Assembly: GCA_951406725.2 (NCBI GenBank)
Contig: OX597814.1
Coordinates: forward strand, 184,946,001 to 185,010,000
Direction of reading: 5' to 3'
From: Octopus vulgaris
Lineage: Eukaryota
DNA: 64,000 nt
Each line of letters begins with the position of its first letter. Position 1 is the first letter of the stretch. Below the pieces are notes generated by a model that was given only the letters and a program-made list of their open reading frames with translations, was not told where the DNA came from and did not search any database. Of the stretch, positions 51,259-64,000 are shown piece after piece. The position numbers and the translations under genes are program-made.

Positions 51259-51921
51259 TCAAAGTGTACATTACGACCGAATTCATCAGTCGGTTTCGGC
51301 ACTGGGTAATTACATCCAATATTTGATAACATGACGGTTACGCAATACCGCGTGCTCGTCATTGCTAGTGGCTATGGAAATAAATATATGGTGAAAGCTT
51401 TCTATTATTAGAGATCAAAACCACATCCAGTTTTTGGGTGCTCTAAACAAAGACGAAACGAATTGAACAAGTGTCATATCAAGAATTGGCCCATGGCGTC
51501 AGTGTTAGTATTCGTGTAGGGTTGGAATGTGTGTAAGACTATTATGTGTCTAGGACTTTTATGGGGGAATTGGGTGTGCTGGACTGGTACCTGAAGGCTT
51601 CAAACTATGCTAGGGCGCATATGTGTCTGTATTTGGATATGGTGCTGGAAATGTTGAAGGTACAGAACTGATGATAGTCGAAATGGGGCTCCTTGGTATA
51701 ATCAAATATACTTTCTTTCATGTGGGCAAGGGCTAAAAATCTCACTTTGGCAGTTTATGTAAAAAGGGATGCTGAGAGTTTTTTTTTTTACTATGATTCT
51801 TTTCTAGGCTAAATATAACCTGCATTTTCTGTACTGTACTTCTCTAAGATTTTCCACTTTATATACGTACACACACATACATACATACATACATACATAC
51901 ATACATACATACATACATACA

Positions 51922-51955
<34 letters not shown>

Positions 51956-52330
51956 CGTACTCACACATACGTAAATACATACATACATACATACATACAT
52001 ACATACATACATACATACATTCGTGGCGCTTTCTTTAACGACCGTACGTGATAGGCTTGGGCTGTAGCGTTTCGTGTCACTGGAATATTGATGGAGAACT
52101 TATGATTGTCGCTTCCACATACTTTTGCCCGTTTGGTTGCCCATTTGGGGCTTTTGATGCTTTCTTTGCCTCGTATACGGCTGTTGCCGCGTTACGGGGA
52201 CAAGCAATATTGCCGTTATATGAGCAACCTGCTTCTGTTTAGGTGTGGGCCTACCTAATAATATCTCCTTTCTTTAGGTGCACAGCTAAAAGAAATTCTT
52301 AAAGTGTGCTAATTAAAGCTTTTACTGAAC
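51256..52330 (-). pseudogene. Penelope-like element relic: GIY-YIG endonuclease region plus 3' pseudo-LTR
   Basis: FN*HTLRISFSCAP, GCSYNGNIACP, AVYEA..KYVEAT, NHKFSIN..RNATA, [(CATA)n insertion 51870-52020], IKWKILEK, KCRLYLA*K, SEIFSPCPHERKY*; degenerate hammerhead-like motifs at ~51270-51370. Confidence 0.7.
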
Positions 52331-52434
52331 CTATTCATTCGGTGAAAGTGCTTATCCACTAAGCCAAGGAAAATCCTACCTACACAAGATTTTAAATATA
52401 AGTGGGTATGAACCACAGGACTTTCCGATGGCGC

Positions 52435-52505
52435 TCTATTCAGGTTCTCTTATTCATAACTTTGTTTAAACTCTATAAAGTTATGAATAAGAGAAACTGA
52501 ATAGA
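52435..52505. repeat. 71-nt hairpin (29-bp arms, 1 mismatch, 13-nt loop)
   Basis: TCTATTCAGGTTCTCTTATTCATAACTTT / AAAGTTATGAATAAGAGAAACTGAATAGA. Confidence 0.85.
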
Positions 52506-52841
52506 ACAACATTCTTTATACCAAATCACAATAGCTATTTCTTCATGTCGCCACACCAGTAAGACATCGGTGAGATGATACAATTAACATACTGCGTAAT
52601 CACTACCATCCATCAAAGGTGTAAAATATGTTTCTTCAGGTGAGTATTTTGAATGTCATTTCACACCATACAAGAATGGATGTGCAAAGCAGTGAGCTAT
52701 TCTCAGAAATTTACGGACAAAACTAAAACCATAGATAAAGTTAACTGGACATGGGTTTTGTTTTTTGTTGATTTCTTTTTTGGCGGGGAGGGTTACTTCC
52801 TTGTTATTGTATTTTATTTATCCATAGGTTTAGTTTTGTAT

Positions 52842-53149
52842 GTGAAGGCGCAATGGCCCAGTGGTTAGGGTAGCGGACTCGCTGTCGGAGGATCGCGGTT
52901 TCGATTCCCAGACCGGGCGTTGTGTGTGTTTATTGAGCGAAAACACCTAAAAGCTCCACGAGGCTCCGGCAGGGGTGGTGGCGACCTCTGTTGTACTCTT
53001 TCGCCACAACTTTCTCTCACTCTCTCTTCATGTTTCTTGAGTAACGCTGCCATGGATTGGCGTCCCGTACAGCTGGGGGTGGGGGGATACATACGCCACA
53101 GAAACCAGGAAACCGGGCCCATGAGCCTGGCTAGGTTTGAAAAGGGCGA
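52842..53149 (+). mobile_element. Group C SINE (V-like tail subfamily)
   Basis: Head as 47456; tail similar to 21725-22028. Confidence 0.85.
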
Positions 53150-53760
53150 CATTTATCGTTTTTACGTTTGTTTGCAAATTGCTAAAAATAGCACACTGTT
53201 TTGGGTATCCACTCTTGTATAGAGTAAAATGTCAGTTTGATCTGTCGAATGACTTATTTCGAAATAATCACCTGAACAAACACTTTTTATGCCTTTGATG
53301 GATAATAGAGATTTCGCAATATGTTACTTATATCAACGCACCAGTATACTACGGGTGTGAAGATGTGTAGAAACAATTATAAGGATATGCAATAAAGAAT
53401 GTCGTTCAATTCATTTCCTCTTATTCTAATTCTCTTTCTCTCTATATTTGTATGTGTGTAGGTATGTAGGTATATATGTGTGTATGTATGTGTGTGTATG
53501 TATGTGTGTGTATGTATCTGTGTATGTATGTGTGTGTATGTATATGTGTGTGTACGTATGTGTGTGTGTGCACGTATGTGTGTGTGTACGTATGTGTGTG
53601 TACATATATATGTGTGTGTATGTATGCATGTATGTAATTACGCATGTGTGTATGTACGCATATATATTTGTATATACGTATGCATGTATGCATGTGTATG
53701 TATGGTGTGTATGTATGTATGTATGTATGTATGTATGTATATATCTATGCATGTATGTAT

Positions 53761-54164
<404 letters not shown>

Positions 54165-54170
54165 TCTTAC

Positions 54171-54340
54171 GAATGCGAGAACCCAGGTTCGAAATTTCCC
54201 CCAAGACACTTGACGAAGGCTGGAGGGTTTATCAGCCGAAACGTTGCGCTACCAACAAACAAGATGAGGACAAATATCCGTCAAATGTAAATATTGTAAA
54301 TAATGTACATAATTCTTCATCTCTTAAAAATAGAACTGTA
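54171..54340 (+). mobile_element. Inverted duplicate of the hammerhead tail abutting the SINE head
   Basis: 54171-54310 is the reverse complement of ~53761-53897; motif GACAC-TTGACGA-A-GGCTG...CAGCC-GAAA-CGTT at 54205-54250. Confidence 0.85.
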
Positions 54341-54573
54341 TGTATATGCATTTACATGTTTCTGTCTGTGTGTCGTATTCCAAAGTTATTTTTTTACGCC
54401 ATTTCTTTCCTGTGACTCTCACGAACTTATAATTTTTTTCTTCTTTACTAGAACATTTTCTCTCTGATTCCTCGCCCCCTCTCTCTGTTTGATCTCTATG
54501 CTCTTCACTCTCTCCCACTATCACTCCCTATCTCATTCTCACACCATTTCTGCCCGCTCTCTCTCGTTCTCTC

Positions 54574-54604
<31 letters not shown>

Positions 54605-54878
54605 TTCACACACTTGCACACATCTTTCCTCGCAATGTACGTCTCTATAACCGACACCCATCTCCATATTTCCAATCTCCCTTAACACTACCCACGAAAA
54701 AAAAAACAAAAAACACCGCCCTTGCTCTCCCAATACACTCAATGTTATCCTTTTAACAGACGCACTAACATTGCAATTAATTTTGCAAAATATTCAGAAT
54801 TTCTCCAATATCCAGAGAGGGAGAGACATAGAGACAGACAGAGAGAAAAAGAGAGACAGAGACATAGAGACAGACAGA

Positions 54879-54946
<68 letters not shown>

Positions 54947-55469
54947 AGAAAGATGGGAGGGGAGAATTTAAATTATAGTAACCGACGCTAGTGAAAGAAA
55001 TTGGATTACATACGACTAGAAACTGATTTTAAAAACACTTATTCCGCTTTGTTGCTTTCACTACACTTACTCCCACCTTATCTCTCTCTCTCTCTATCTA
55101 TCTCTCTCTCTATCTCTCTCTATCTATTTATCTACCTATCTGTATCTATCTATCGAACTATCTGCCTGCCTGTCTGTCTGTCTATGTATCCCTTTCTCTC
55201 TTTCCATCTCCCCTCTCCTTTATTTTTGTTTTTATTCCCTTCTGTCTTTTCTTTTCATTTTCCTCTACTTATATTTCATGTCATTTCAGTTTATATTTTA
55301 TTACACACACACACACACATACACACACACGTACACAAATACATATATATATGTATATATACATATATATACACATACATACAAATATATATACATATAT
55401 ACATATATATATACATATATATACATATATATATATATGTATGTATGTATACATTCTATCTATCTATCT

Positions 55470-55555
<86 letters not shown>

Positions 55556-56700
55556 CTTTTTCTTATATTTCTTCTTCAATGTTATTCCAGCACGGAAACT
55601 AACTATTAAGATGCATATCATATTTATCTTGCAAAAAAAAGTTAAATAAATACATACATACATACATGCATACATACATACATACATAACAATAAAATCG
55701 AAAAGAAAACCCCATTTTTTCTTCTAATTGTTTTTTGTGAATTTTTTCCTTTCTATTTTTGTTTCTTTTTCAATAAATTCTTACACCATTCCTCACGCCA
55801 TCGCATATTTTGCATCTTTTCTTCTATCCCGTCTTACATTCTCTACTAGTCTTTATGTCTTTCTCTTGATGAATAATTCTATCGCATCATTTTCTTCATC
55901 AAAACTTTTACTTTTTCTCCTTTATCTTCTTTTTCATTCTTTGGGTTTTGGTTATTAATTGTTAAGGTAAAACTCGCCTGAGAAAAGAAAAATAGAAAAT
56001 TTTTTTCGGTTCGGTTATTAATGATTAAGGTAGACTCGTCGCAAATAGTTCTAACTCACTTCTCTCCAACGCCATCGTGAGCGCTACATCATTTATTCAT
56101 TGCAGAAGATACTAAATCAACACTGTCCAAGCAATGCCGGTATCAAATTCACAAGTCAGCCAAGGCTTGACATCGAAGACTCATCCTAAAAAATAGTCGA
56201 GTTCATCTAACAACATAGCGACACAACCTTTTAACACCAATTGACGTTACCTTATTCCCCTATTACTCCGAAAGAAATCTAAGAAAAAGCCCTCCTAAAA
56301 TTAGTTTCAAATGTTGGCACCAGGCCAGTAATTTCGAGGGTGGGGGATAAATCGACTACATCGACAGCAACGCTTAATTATTGGCTCCGGAAGAATGAAA
56401 GGTAAAGCAGACGTCGGAGGAATTTGAACTCAGAATGTAAAGATGGACGAAATGTCGACCTTATAGACTTCCTAATATTAATACGGTTCTTGGACAAATT
56501 CAAGAAATAACAGATAAAACGCCATCAACTGGTACTAGGAACCCTACTTGGGTACTCTGCCTGATAACATTAACAGTCAAATCTCTCTTAAATTACAGGT
56601 ACCGATCTAGAAAAGGATGTGTAGGAAGACTAGATCCTGAGCTTCCTCCACAAAGAAAAGACGGGATGATCAACGCTGGAATGTCTTTTGATGAGGAGTA

Positions 56701-57050
56701 ACCACTGCGTGGCAGTTTGGGTAAGAGTCTTCTACTATAGCCTCGGGCCGACCAAAGCCTTGAGAGTAGATTTGGCAGACGGAAACTGAAAGAAGCCCGT
56801 CATATATATATATATATGTGTGTGTGTGTATGTATATGCTTGTGTGTCTCTGTTTGACCCCACCATCGGTTGACAACCGGTGTTGGTGTGTTTGCGTCCC
56901 GTAACTTAGCGGGTCAGTAAAAGAGGCCGATAGAGAATAAGGACTTACAAAGAATAGTCCTGGCGTCGTTTTGTTCAAACTAAAGGTGGTGCTCCAGCAT
57001 GGCCGCAGTCAAAATGACTGAAACAAATATAAGAATAAAAGAAAAGAATA
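56701..57050 (+). mobile_element. Group A SINE, 5'-truncated
   Basis: CORE-like body through AAAAGAAT tail. Confidence 0.85.
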
Positions 57051-57834
57051 AAATAAATATTTAAAGTTTGCGGTTTATTCCAGTATTTTTACATTTTGTT
57101 AGAATTTTATGATTAATTATATTTTATAAAATAACAGATTTGGCAATAGAAATTTGTTTTCGAAAATACAGCCATATCAAATAACAATTTAGGTGTGACC
57201 TTCCCATACGAAAAAAAAAGAAGACAAACAAAACAAAAACGTTCTCTGCCGTTGGCCGAAGTAGTGATGAATGAATCACGAACTAAATAAATATATGATA
57301 TTGCGCATTTATTGGAGCATGACAGATGGAAATGATCAAAGATTAATTCAGATGTCTCACAAAAACAAAAAAAAAGGAGGCCTCTATTTGGTCACTTGAC
57401 ATGCTAAAAAGAATCTGACAAAACACCCTCAAAGTTTCACACTACCGCTTCGGTGAAGAAAGTAAATATTGGATAATGTTGTCTTAGATATATGAGTGAA
57501 AATGACAGTATGGTCATTGCTGGAATATGATTGATCATGGATCTGCTTACTCAGAGATGACTTGGGGTTACATTAGTGTGAGTATGTTTAATGTATGTGG
57601 CTAATTATCACTAATGAAGTTAACATAATGCCAAAACATGGGAGGACTTGCTTTTTGATGTTATCGGAAAAAATTAAAATAACATTAGTCACAGACGTTA
57701 AGTCATGATATTTTGTTGTTGTTGATGTTGTTGCTGCTGTTATTATTTTAGTAGTTTTGTTTTTGTTTTTAAGTTTATTTCCAGTTACCATACCTAAAGA
57801 TCCTTGTTTTAAATATGTTAACATTATTTTCTAC

Positions 57835-58050
57835 TCTAGGCACAAGGCCCCAAATTTTGGAGGATGGGGGCCAGTCGACTAGATCGTCTCTAGTATGCAA
57901 CTGGTACTTAATTTATCGACCTCGAAAGGACGAAAGGCAAAGTCGACTTCTATGGAATTTGAACTCAGCACGTAACGGCAGACGAAATACGGCTAAGCAT
58001 TTCACTCGGCGTGCTAACGTTTCTTATTTCTTTACTGCCAACAAGGGGAT
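57835..58050 (-). mobile_element. Group B SINE
   Basis: Reverse-complement B domain and B box. Confidence 0.75.
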
Positions 58051-58058
58051 ATACACAG

Positions 58059-58190
58059 AGGTTCTGGGTTCAGTCCCACAGCGTGGCACCTTGGGCAAGT
58101 ATCTTCTACTATAGCTTCGGGCCGACCAAAGCCTTGTGAGTGGATTTGGTAGACGGAAACTGAAAGAAACCTGTCGTATGTATGTATATG

Positions 58191-58254
<64 letters not shown>

Positions 58255-58472
58255 TGTATGTATGTATATTTGTGTGTCTATGTTTGTTCCCCCAACATCG
58301 CTTGGTAACCGATGCTGGTGTGTTTACGTCCCCGTAACTTAGCGGTTCGGCAAAAGAGACCGATAGAATAAGTACTTGGCTTACAAAGAATAAGTCCAGG
58401 GGTCAATTTGCTCGACTAAAGTCGGTGCTCCAGCACGGCCACTGTAAAATGACTGAAATAAGTAAAAGAGTA
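58059..58472 (+). mobile_element. Group A SINE, slightly 5'-truncated
   Basis: Colinear with 46046-46412. Confidence 0.85.
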
Positions 58473-58803
58473 TATGTAATTTTTCACGCTGAATCCGAAT
58501 TTGTTATTCATTAATTCCAGAAAAATTTGCAAAAGTGTTACAGGTGTTCAAAACCTGATAATTACCATCATTAGGGAACGAGGAGAGGGCATCAGCACAC
58601 CACCATCGGCATGTCAAAACATTAAGCTAAAATTATTGAATGAGAGTTACATCTGTTATCAAAACTAACAATTTTAGAACAAGTAGTGGCTACACACCTT
58701 GTGCGCATGCGTAGCATCTTTGGCTACTACGGAAACAGAGTTCTTCACAATCAGCTATGGAACATGTGGTGCTTTTTTTTGCTTTGGTTATTATCGAAAC
58801 AGA

Positions 58804-59189
58804 GGAGGCGCAATGGCCCAGTGGTTAGGGCAGCGGACTCGCGGTCATAGGATCGCGGTTTCGATTCCCAGACCGGGCGTTGTGAGTGTTTATTGAGCGA
58901 AAACACCTAAAGCTCCACGAGGCTCCGGCAGGGGATGGTGGTGATCCCTGCTGTACTCTTTCACCACAACTTTCTCTCACTCTTACTTCCTGTTTCTGTT
59001 GTACCTGTATTTCAAAGGGCCGGCCTTGTCACTCTCTGCGTCACGCGGAATATCCCCGAGAACTACGTTAAGGGTACACGTGTCTGTGGAGTGCTCAGCC
59101 ACTTACACGTTAATTTCACGAGCAGGCGGTTCCGTTGATTCGGATCAACCAGAACCCTCGTCGTCGTAACCGACGGAGTGCCTCCATCC
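58804..59189 (+). mobile_element. Group C SINE with 11-bp TSD
   Basis: TSD ATCGAAACAGA at 58793-58803 and 59190-59200. Confidence 0.92.
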
Positions 59190-59409
59190 ATCGAAACAGA
59201 CTTCTACGCCACGGTGATGTCTATAATACACATTTCTGATTAGCTAAAATACCCAAATTTTGCAAATTTTAAAGGCAAATAGCATTTTGATTATGTATTT
59301 ATAGGGAAAATGAATTTCATTTTCATAACAAGTATACAAAAGTTAATCCACATGTCTGATTTCAAAACAACTGGAACAAAATTGCAAACAATGACGAAAA
59401 CCATAAATA

Positions 59410-59447
59410 TGCACCACCACTACGACATCAACTACTACTACTACTGT

Positions 59448-59506
<59 letters not shown>

Positions 59507-59557
59507 TACTACTACAGCTGCTGGTGCCGGTACTATTACTACTACCGATGTTGTTTT

Positions 59558-59594
<37 letters not shown>

Positions 59595-59722
59595 GCTGCT
59601 GCTACAAGTACAGCTACTACTACTATACTACTACTACTGCAGCTGCTGCTGCTGCTGGTACTATTCCTACTACCGCTGTTGCTTTTACTACTACTACTCT
59701 ACTACTACTACTACTATTACCT

Positions 59723-59791
<69 letters not shown>

Positions 59792-59847
59792 ATCCCATTA
59801 CTGCTGCTGTCACTACTGCAACTGCTATCACTACGACGCCTACAACA

Positions 59848-59887
<40 letters not shown>

Positions 59888-60220
59888 GAAAAACGATAAT
59901 GCCTTCACCATTAGCAGGATTGATTTCACCACCATTACTTCACTCTCTGCTGTACCACTACAAGTACCACTATCACCACGACCACGTCGTCGCTCACACC
60001 ACCACAACCACTAAGCCCGGTCACCAAAACTATTCGCCTCATTGCCATTATCACCACTACGAACACAACCACCACCACCACCACCACCACCAACACCACC
60101 ACCACTACTACTATCACCACTATCCTCAACAAAACAAAACCAATATCAGACACTCACCTTCAACGCCAACACCATGACACAAACGCTCAAAAATAACCAC
60201 AACAACAACATCAACAACAA
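59410..60220. repeat. Compound (CTA)n/(CTG)n/(CAC)n low-complexity block
   Basis: Directly visible. Confidence 0.9.
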
Positions 60221-60293
60221 AAATATTCCGACTGGTTCCCACACTATGACGTTTTTGCATGTTTTTATTTTCAAATAAAGCTTCTTAACTTTC

Positions 60294-60325
<32 letters not shown>

Positions 60326-60616
60326 CTTATATTTTTCAGTATTAACTTTGTAATGTTTTTATCATCTGTTAAAATTATATATTTGAAGTTTGCTTCTTTA
60401 TAAGATTACAAGAGCGTAACTATGATTCTAAAAGTTGATTACTGGCGCAAAAATGTCGAATTTAATTTAAAAACAAATACACGTACACGCATAGGTACAC
60501 GCCCACAGACACATACACACCTGTGTGTATACTTTACATTACATAAATACATACATACATACATACATACATACATACATACATACATACATACATACAT
60601 ACATACATACATACAT

Positions 60617-61878
60617 GGAGAAAGCCGATTCGAAGACTACAATTCCAAACCATCACTGAAACTGTAAAATCTAAAGCTTTCAAGAGTTTTATTATTTAAG
60701 TATATAAGAGCATATCTAGATATGCAACAATATGCAGGAGTATTGGATCTAGATTAGAAACCGGTTCCTTCTGTATTGGCAAGATATCTTGAAATAAAAC
60801 TGAATGATGACATACATACATGCATACATTGTTTGTTCCTTCTCGAGCCACGCTTGGCTCATAAGAGCCGGTTTCTCGGTTTCCTTGGTGTAGAGGTTCC
60901 CCACCTGGACAGGACGCCGGTCCATCGCAGGTGAGCTGCAAGATGAAAGAGTGAGAGAAAGTTGTGGCGAAAGAGTCAGCAGAAGAACTTCGCCATTACC
61001 TTCTGCTGGAGCTGCGTGGAGCTTCGGTGTTTCGCTTATAAACACACACATCGTCCGGTCTGAGATTCGAACCAGCGATCCCTCGACGGCGAGTCCGCTG
61101 CTCTAACCACTAAGCCATGTGTCTCCACACATACATACATAAATGGAGAAAGCTGATTCGAAGACTACAAATTCTGTAAAACTTTCTAGATGTTTATCAT
61201 TTAAGTAAATAAGAGCATGTCTAGATATGCAACAATATGCATGAGAATACATACATAAAGCAAAACAAACAAATCTGCTCATGTACAGGCATACATACAT
61301 ACATACATACATACATACATACATACATACATACATACATACATACATGCGTACATACATGCTTGCGTACATACATATATATAAACAAAAGTACCCTATT
61401 GATGATGTTGAAAATCCAATGAAGAATCATTGGTTCTAGATTAGAAACCGGCTCTTTCTCCATTGGCAAGAAATCTTGAAATAAAACTGAATAATAACGT
61501 ATATACATACGTGCATACATACATACATACATGCATACATACACACATACATACATACATACACACCATTCATATATACATACATCCATACATACATACA
61601 TACATACTACATACATACATACATACATACATACATACATACATACATACATACATACATGTAAAAAGCTGATTCAAAGACTACAAACCCAAGCCGTCGT
61701 TGGTACTAAAAATTCTGTAAAACTTTCCAGATGTTTATCATTTAAGTAAATAAGAGCATGTCTAGATATGCAACTATATGCATGACAATACATACATGAA
61801 GCAAAACAAACAAATCTGCTCACGTACATGCATGCATACATACATACGTACATAATATTTAGGTACATACATGCATGC

Positions 61879-61909
<31 letters not shown>

Positions 61910-61986
61910 AACAAAAATACCCTGTTGTTGATATTGAAAATCCAATGAAGTAACATTGAATCTAGGTTATAAACCGACTCTTTCTC
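60617..61986 (+). mobile_element. Three short 3'-end copies of the (CATA)n-associated R4-like family
   Basis: 60617-60810, 61145-61497 and 61662-61986 each match ~27466-27819 and are separated by (CATA)n. Confidence 0.8.
60829..61126 (-). mobile_element. Group C SINE (V-like tail) inserted in (CATA)n
   Basis: Reverse complement of 21725-22028. Confidence 0.85.
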
Positions 61987-62060
61987 TTGTGTGTTTAAAT
62001 CTACCTAGTGGAAAAGAAGGTTGAGTGCATCAATAGAAGCCAATATATATATTGTTTCAT

Positions 62061-62257
62061 TCTTTTACTTGTTTCAGTCATTTGACTGCGGCCATGCTGG
62101 AGTCGAACCACCTTTAGTCGAACAAATCGACCCCAAGAATTATTCTTTGTGAGCGTAGTACGTGTTACATCGGTTTTTTTGCCGAAACGCTAAGTTAGAC
62201 ACGCCACCATCGGATTCAAGTGATGGTGGGGGTCAAACACAGACACAGAAGCCCGTC

Positions 62258-62332
<75 letters not shown>

Positions 62333-62509
62333 CATACATATGTATACGACGGGCTTCTTTCCGTTTCCGTCTGCCAAATCCACTCACAAGGCTTTGGTCG
62401 GCCCGAGGCTATTTTAGAAGACACTTATCCAACGTGCCATGAAGTGGGACTGAACCCGGAACCATGTGGCTGGTAAGCCATCTACTTACCACACAGCCAT
62501 TCCTGCGCC
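62061..62509 (-). mobile_element. Group A SINE
   Basis: Colinear with 18852-19308, with internal deletions. Confidence 0.85.
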
Positions 62510-62541
62510 CATATATATATATAAAGTGTATGTATGTGTAT

Positions 62542-62576
<35 letters not shown>

Positions 62577-63025
62577 AGTATGTATATATATATATATATA
62601 TATATAATAAATCTGTAAAAGTTGTGGTGCAAATTATCTGAAACGGTGTACTGAATTTCAATGAATTGCATCGGCGAAGATTGATTTTAGCTATTTAAAA
62701 AGGTACAAAACAATAAAATTCGTTTTTCTGTTTATTCTTTGAGTGTCAGAACTATGAACTGGTCGTTGACACAGCTGCACTGTCGCTCAGTGCATCTCTA
62801 AAATATTAGTTTTATTGATCAAACTCGTAGCTATCATTTTGGGAATTAAAACACTCAATGTATGTTATACTGATACATACATACAAACGTACATACATAT
62901 TTATATATGCATAGAAATGTACGAATAATTGTGTGCGTATATGTATATATATTTATATGCATGTATATATAAATAACAATAAGAACAACAACGACGACAA
63001 CGAGGTAGAGGAGGTGGAGGAGGAA

Positions 63026-63500
63026 TGCCCTCGTGTAGTACCAAACTGGTTCTCATGGCGTTTGATCTTAACTTTTGGAAGTGTTATCATGTACATGTTT
63101 TGTTTTGGTGTAAAATATGGCATACAGCGAATATTTTGTTCAGTATCAGAATTTTGCTTGTTAGTTGCTTGACCTTCACCAGTTGAGCATGTCCCTTAGT
63201 GATTGACGAAATATACAACTCTGTTCGCAAGCAGAAAAAATGGATGTTTCGTTCATCATCCTTAAACAAACTGAATTTAGAGACCTGCTGAGAGGGATTG
63301 GCTACCCAAATCTGAAGAAAATTCTATGTGGGCCTCACCTTCAAACACGATGTTTATCTTGATACGAGATCACCATATCATATGGTGGTGATGCATGTGC
63401 TAAGTGTACGTTTATCGGACATGTAGACATGGTGAGTAGATCGGGCTTCGTATATTTGTACCGCAATGTCATTTTGATGACATGCGCTACTCTCTCACTC
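63026..63500 (+). mobile_element. Non-coding TAA-embedded repeat (copy 3, diverged)
   Basis: Homologous to 8297-8730 and 15218-15700; ends CTCTCTCACTC|AATAATAAT. Confidence 0.75.
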
Positions 63501-63540
63501 AATAATAATAACAACATCAACAACAATAATAATAATAATA

Positions 63541-63698
63541 GGCGCAGGAGTGGCTGTGTGGTAAGTAGTTTGCTTACCAACCACATGGTTTCGGGTTCAG
63601 TCCCAATGCGTGGCATCTTGAGCAAGTGTCTTCTACTATAGCCTCGGGCCAACAAAGCTTTGTGAATGGATTTGGTAGACAGAAACTGAAAGAAGCCC
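63541..63698 (+). mobile_element. Group A SINE head/CORE fragment
   Basis: GGCGCAGGAGTGGCTGTGTGGTAAG...GAAAGAAGCCC. Confidence 0.85.
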
Positions 63699-63930
63699 CT
63701 TACAATCGAGAGACGACTACCTTAACCACTAAGCCAAGCGCCTCCACACGAACTAAACAAATATAACATAAATTAATCTGCAAAGAAAGGAGCTAAAAGA
63801 GAATGTAAAAATTCATTATCCTTTTACCGCAAGTATTGAAAAAGTACCCTCAAAGTGATAACGTCAAAAATGCGACAAGACGTTCTTTCCAACCTTATAA
63901 ACAAAATGTGTGTGTTTATATTTGTGTGTT

Positions 63931-63971
<41 letters not shown>

Positions 63972-64000
63972 CTGTGTGTGTGTGTGTGTGTAGGCAAATA

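Noticed and set aside
51668-51685. CTGATGA-TAGTC-GAAA
   Set aside because: No stem II, I or III pairing; chance match.
59310-60278. Long Thr/His/Pro-rich ORFs resembling mucin or His-rich proteins
   Set aside because: Compound trinucleotide repeats that are open in several frames; no splice or domain evidence.

Overview
AT-rich, microsatellite-saturated eukaryotic DNA. It is probably intronic or intergenic, and most consistent with a cephalopod (Octopus-like) genome; that assignment is an inference from SINE types and repeat landscape. No host exon could be supported, and almost all ORF-track entries are translated microsatellites. The one large coding unit is a near-intact ~5 kb R4/Dong-clade non-LTR retrotransposon (RT + CCHC + restriction-like endonuclease) sitting in a (TAA)n tract, with its ORF split only at a T17 run. 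The rest is a layered mobilome: further R4/Dong fragments (some tied to (TAA)n, one family to (CATA)n), three abundant tRNA-derived SINE groups, RTE, L1/Tx1, mariner/Tc1, Helitron and piggyBac-like relics, a Penelope GIY-YIG relic and a tRNA-Arg pseudogene. The most notable hidden signal is a set of minimal type I hammerhead ribozyme motifs in several unrelated Penelope-LTR-like fragments. One of them is the tail of a tRNA-headed SINE that has a Penelope-style inverted 5' duplication, making it a candidate Pol III, ribozyme-bearing, Penelope-mobilised element. All alignments and folds were done by eye, so boundaries are approximate.
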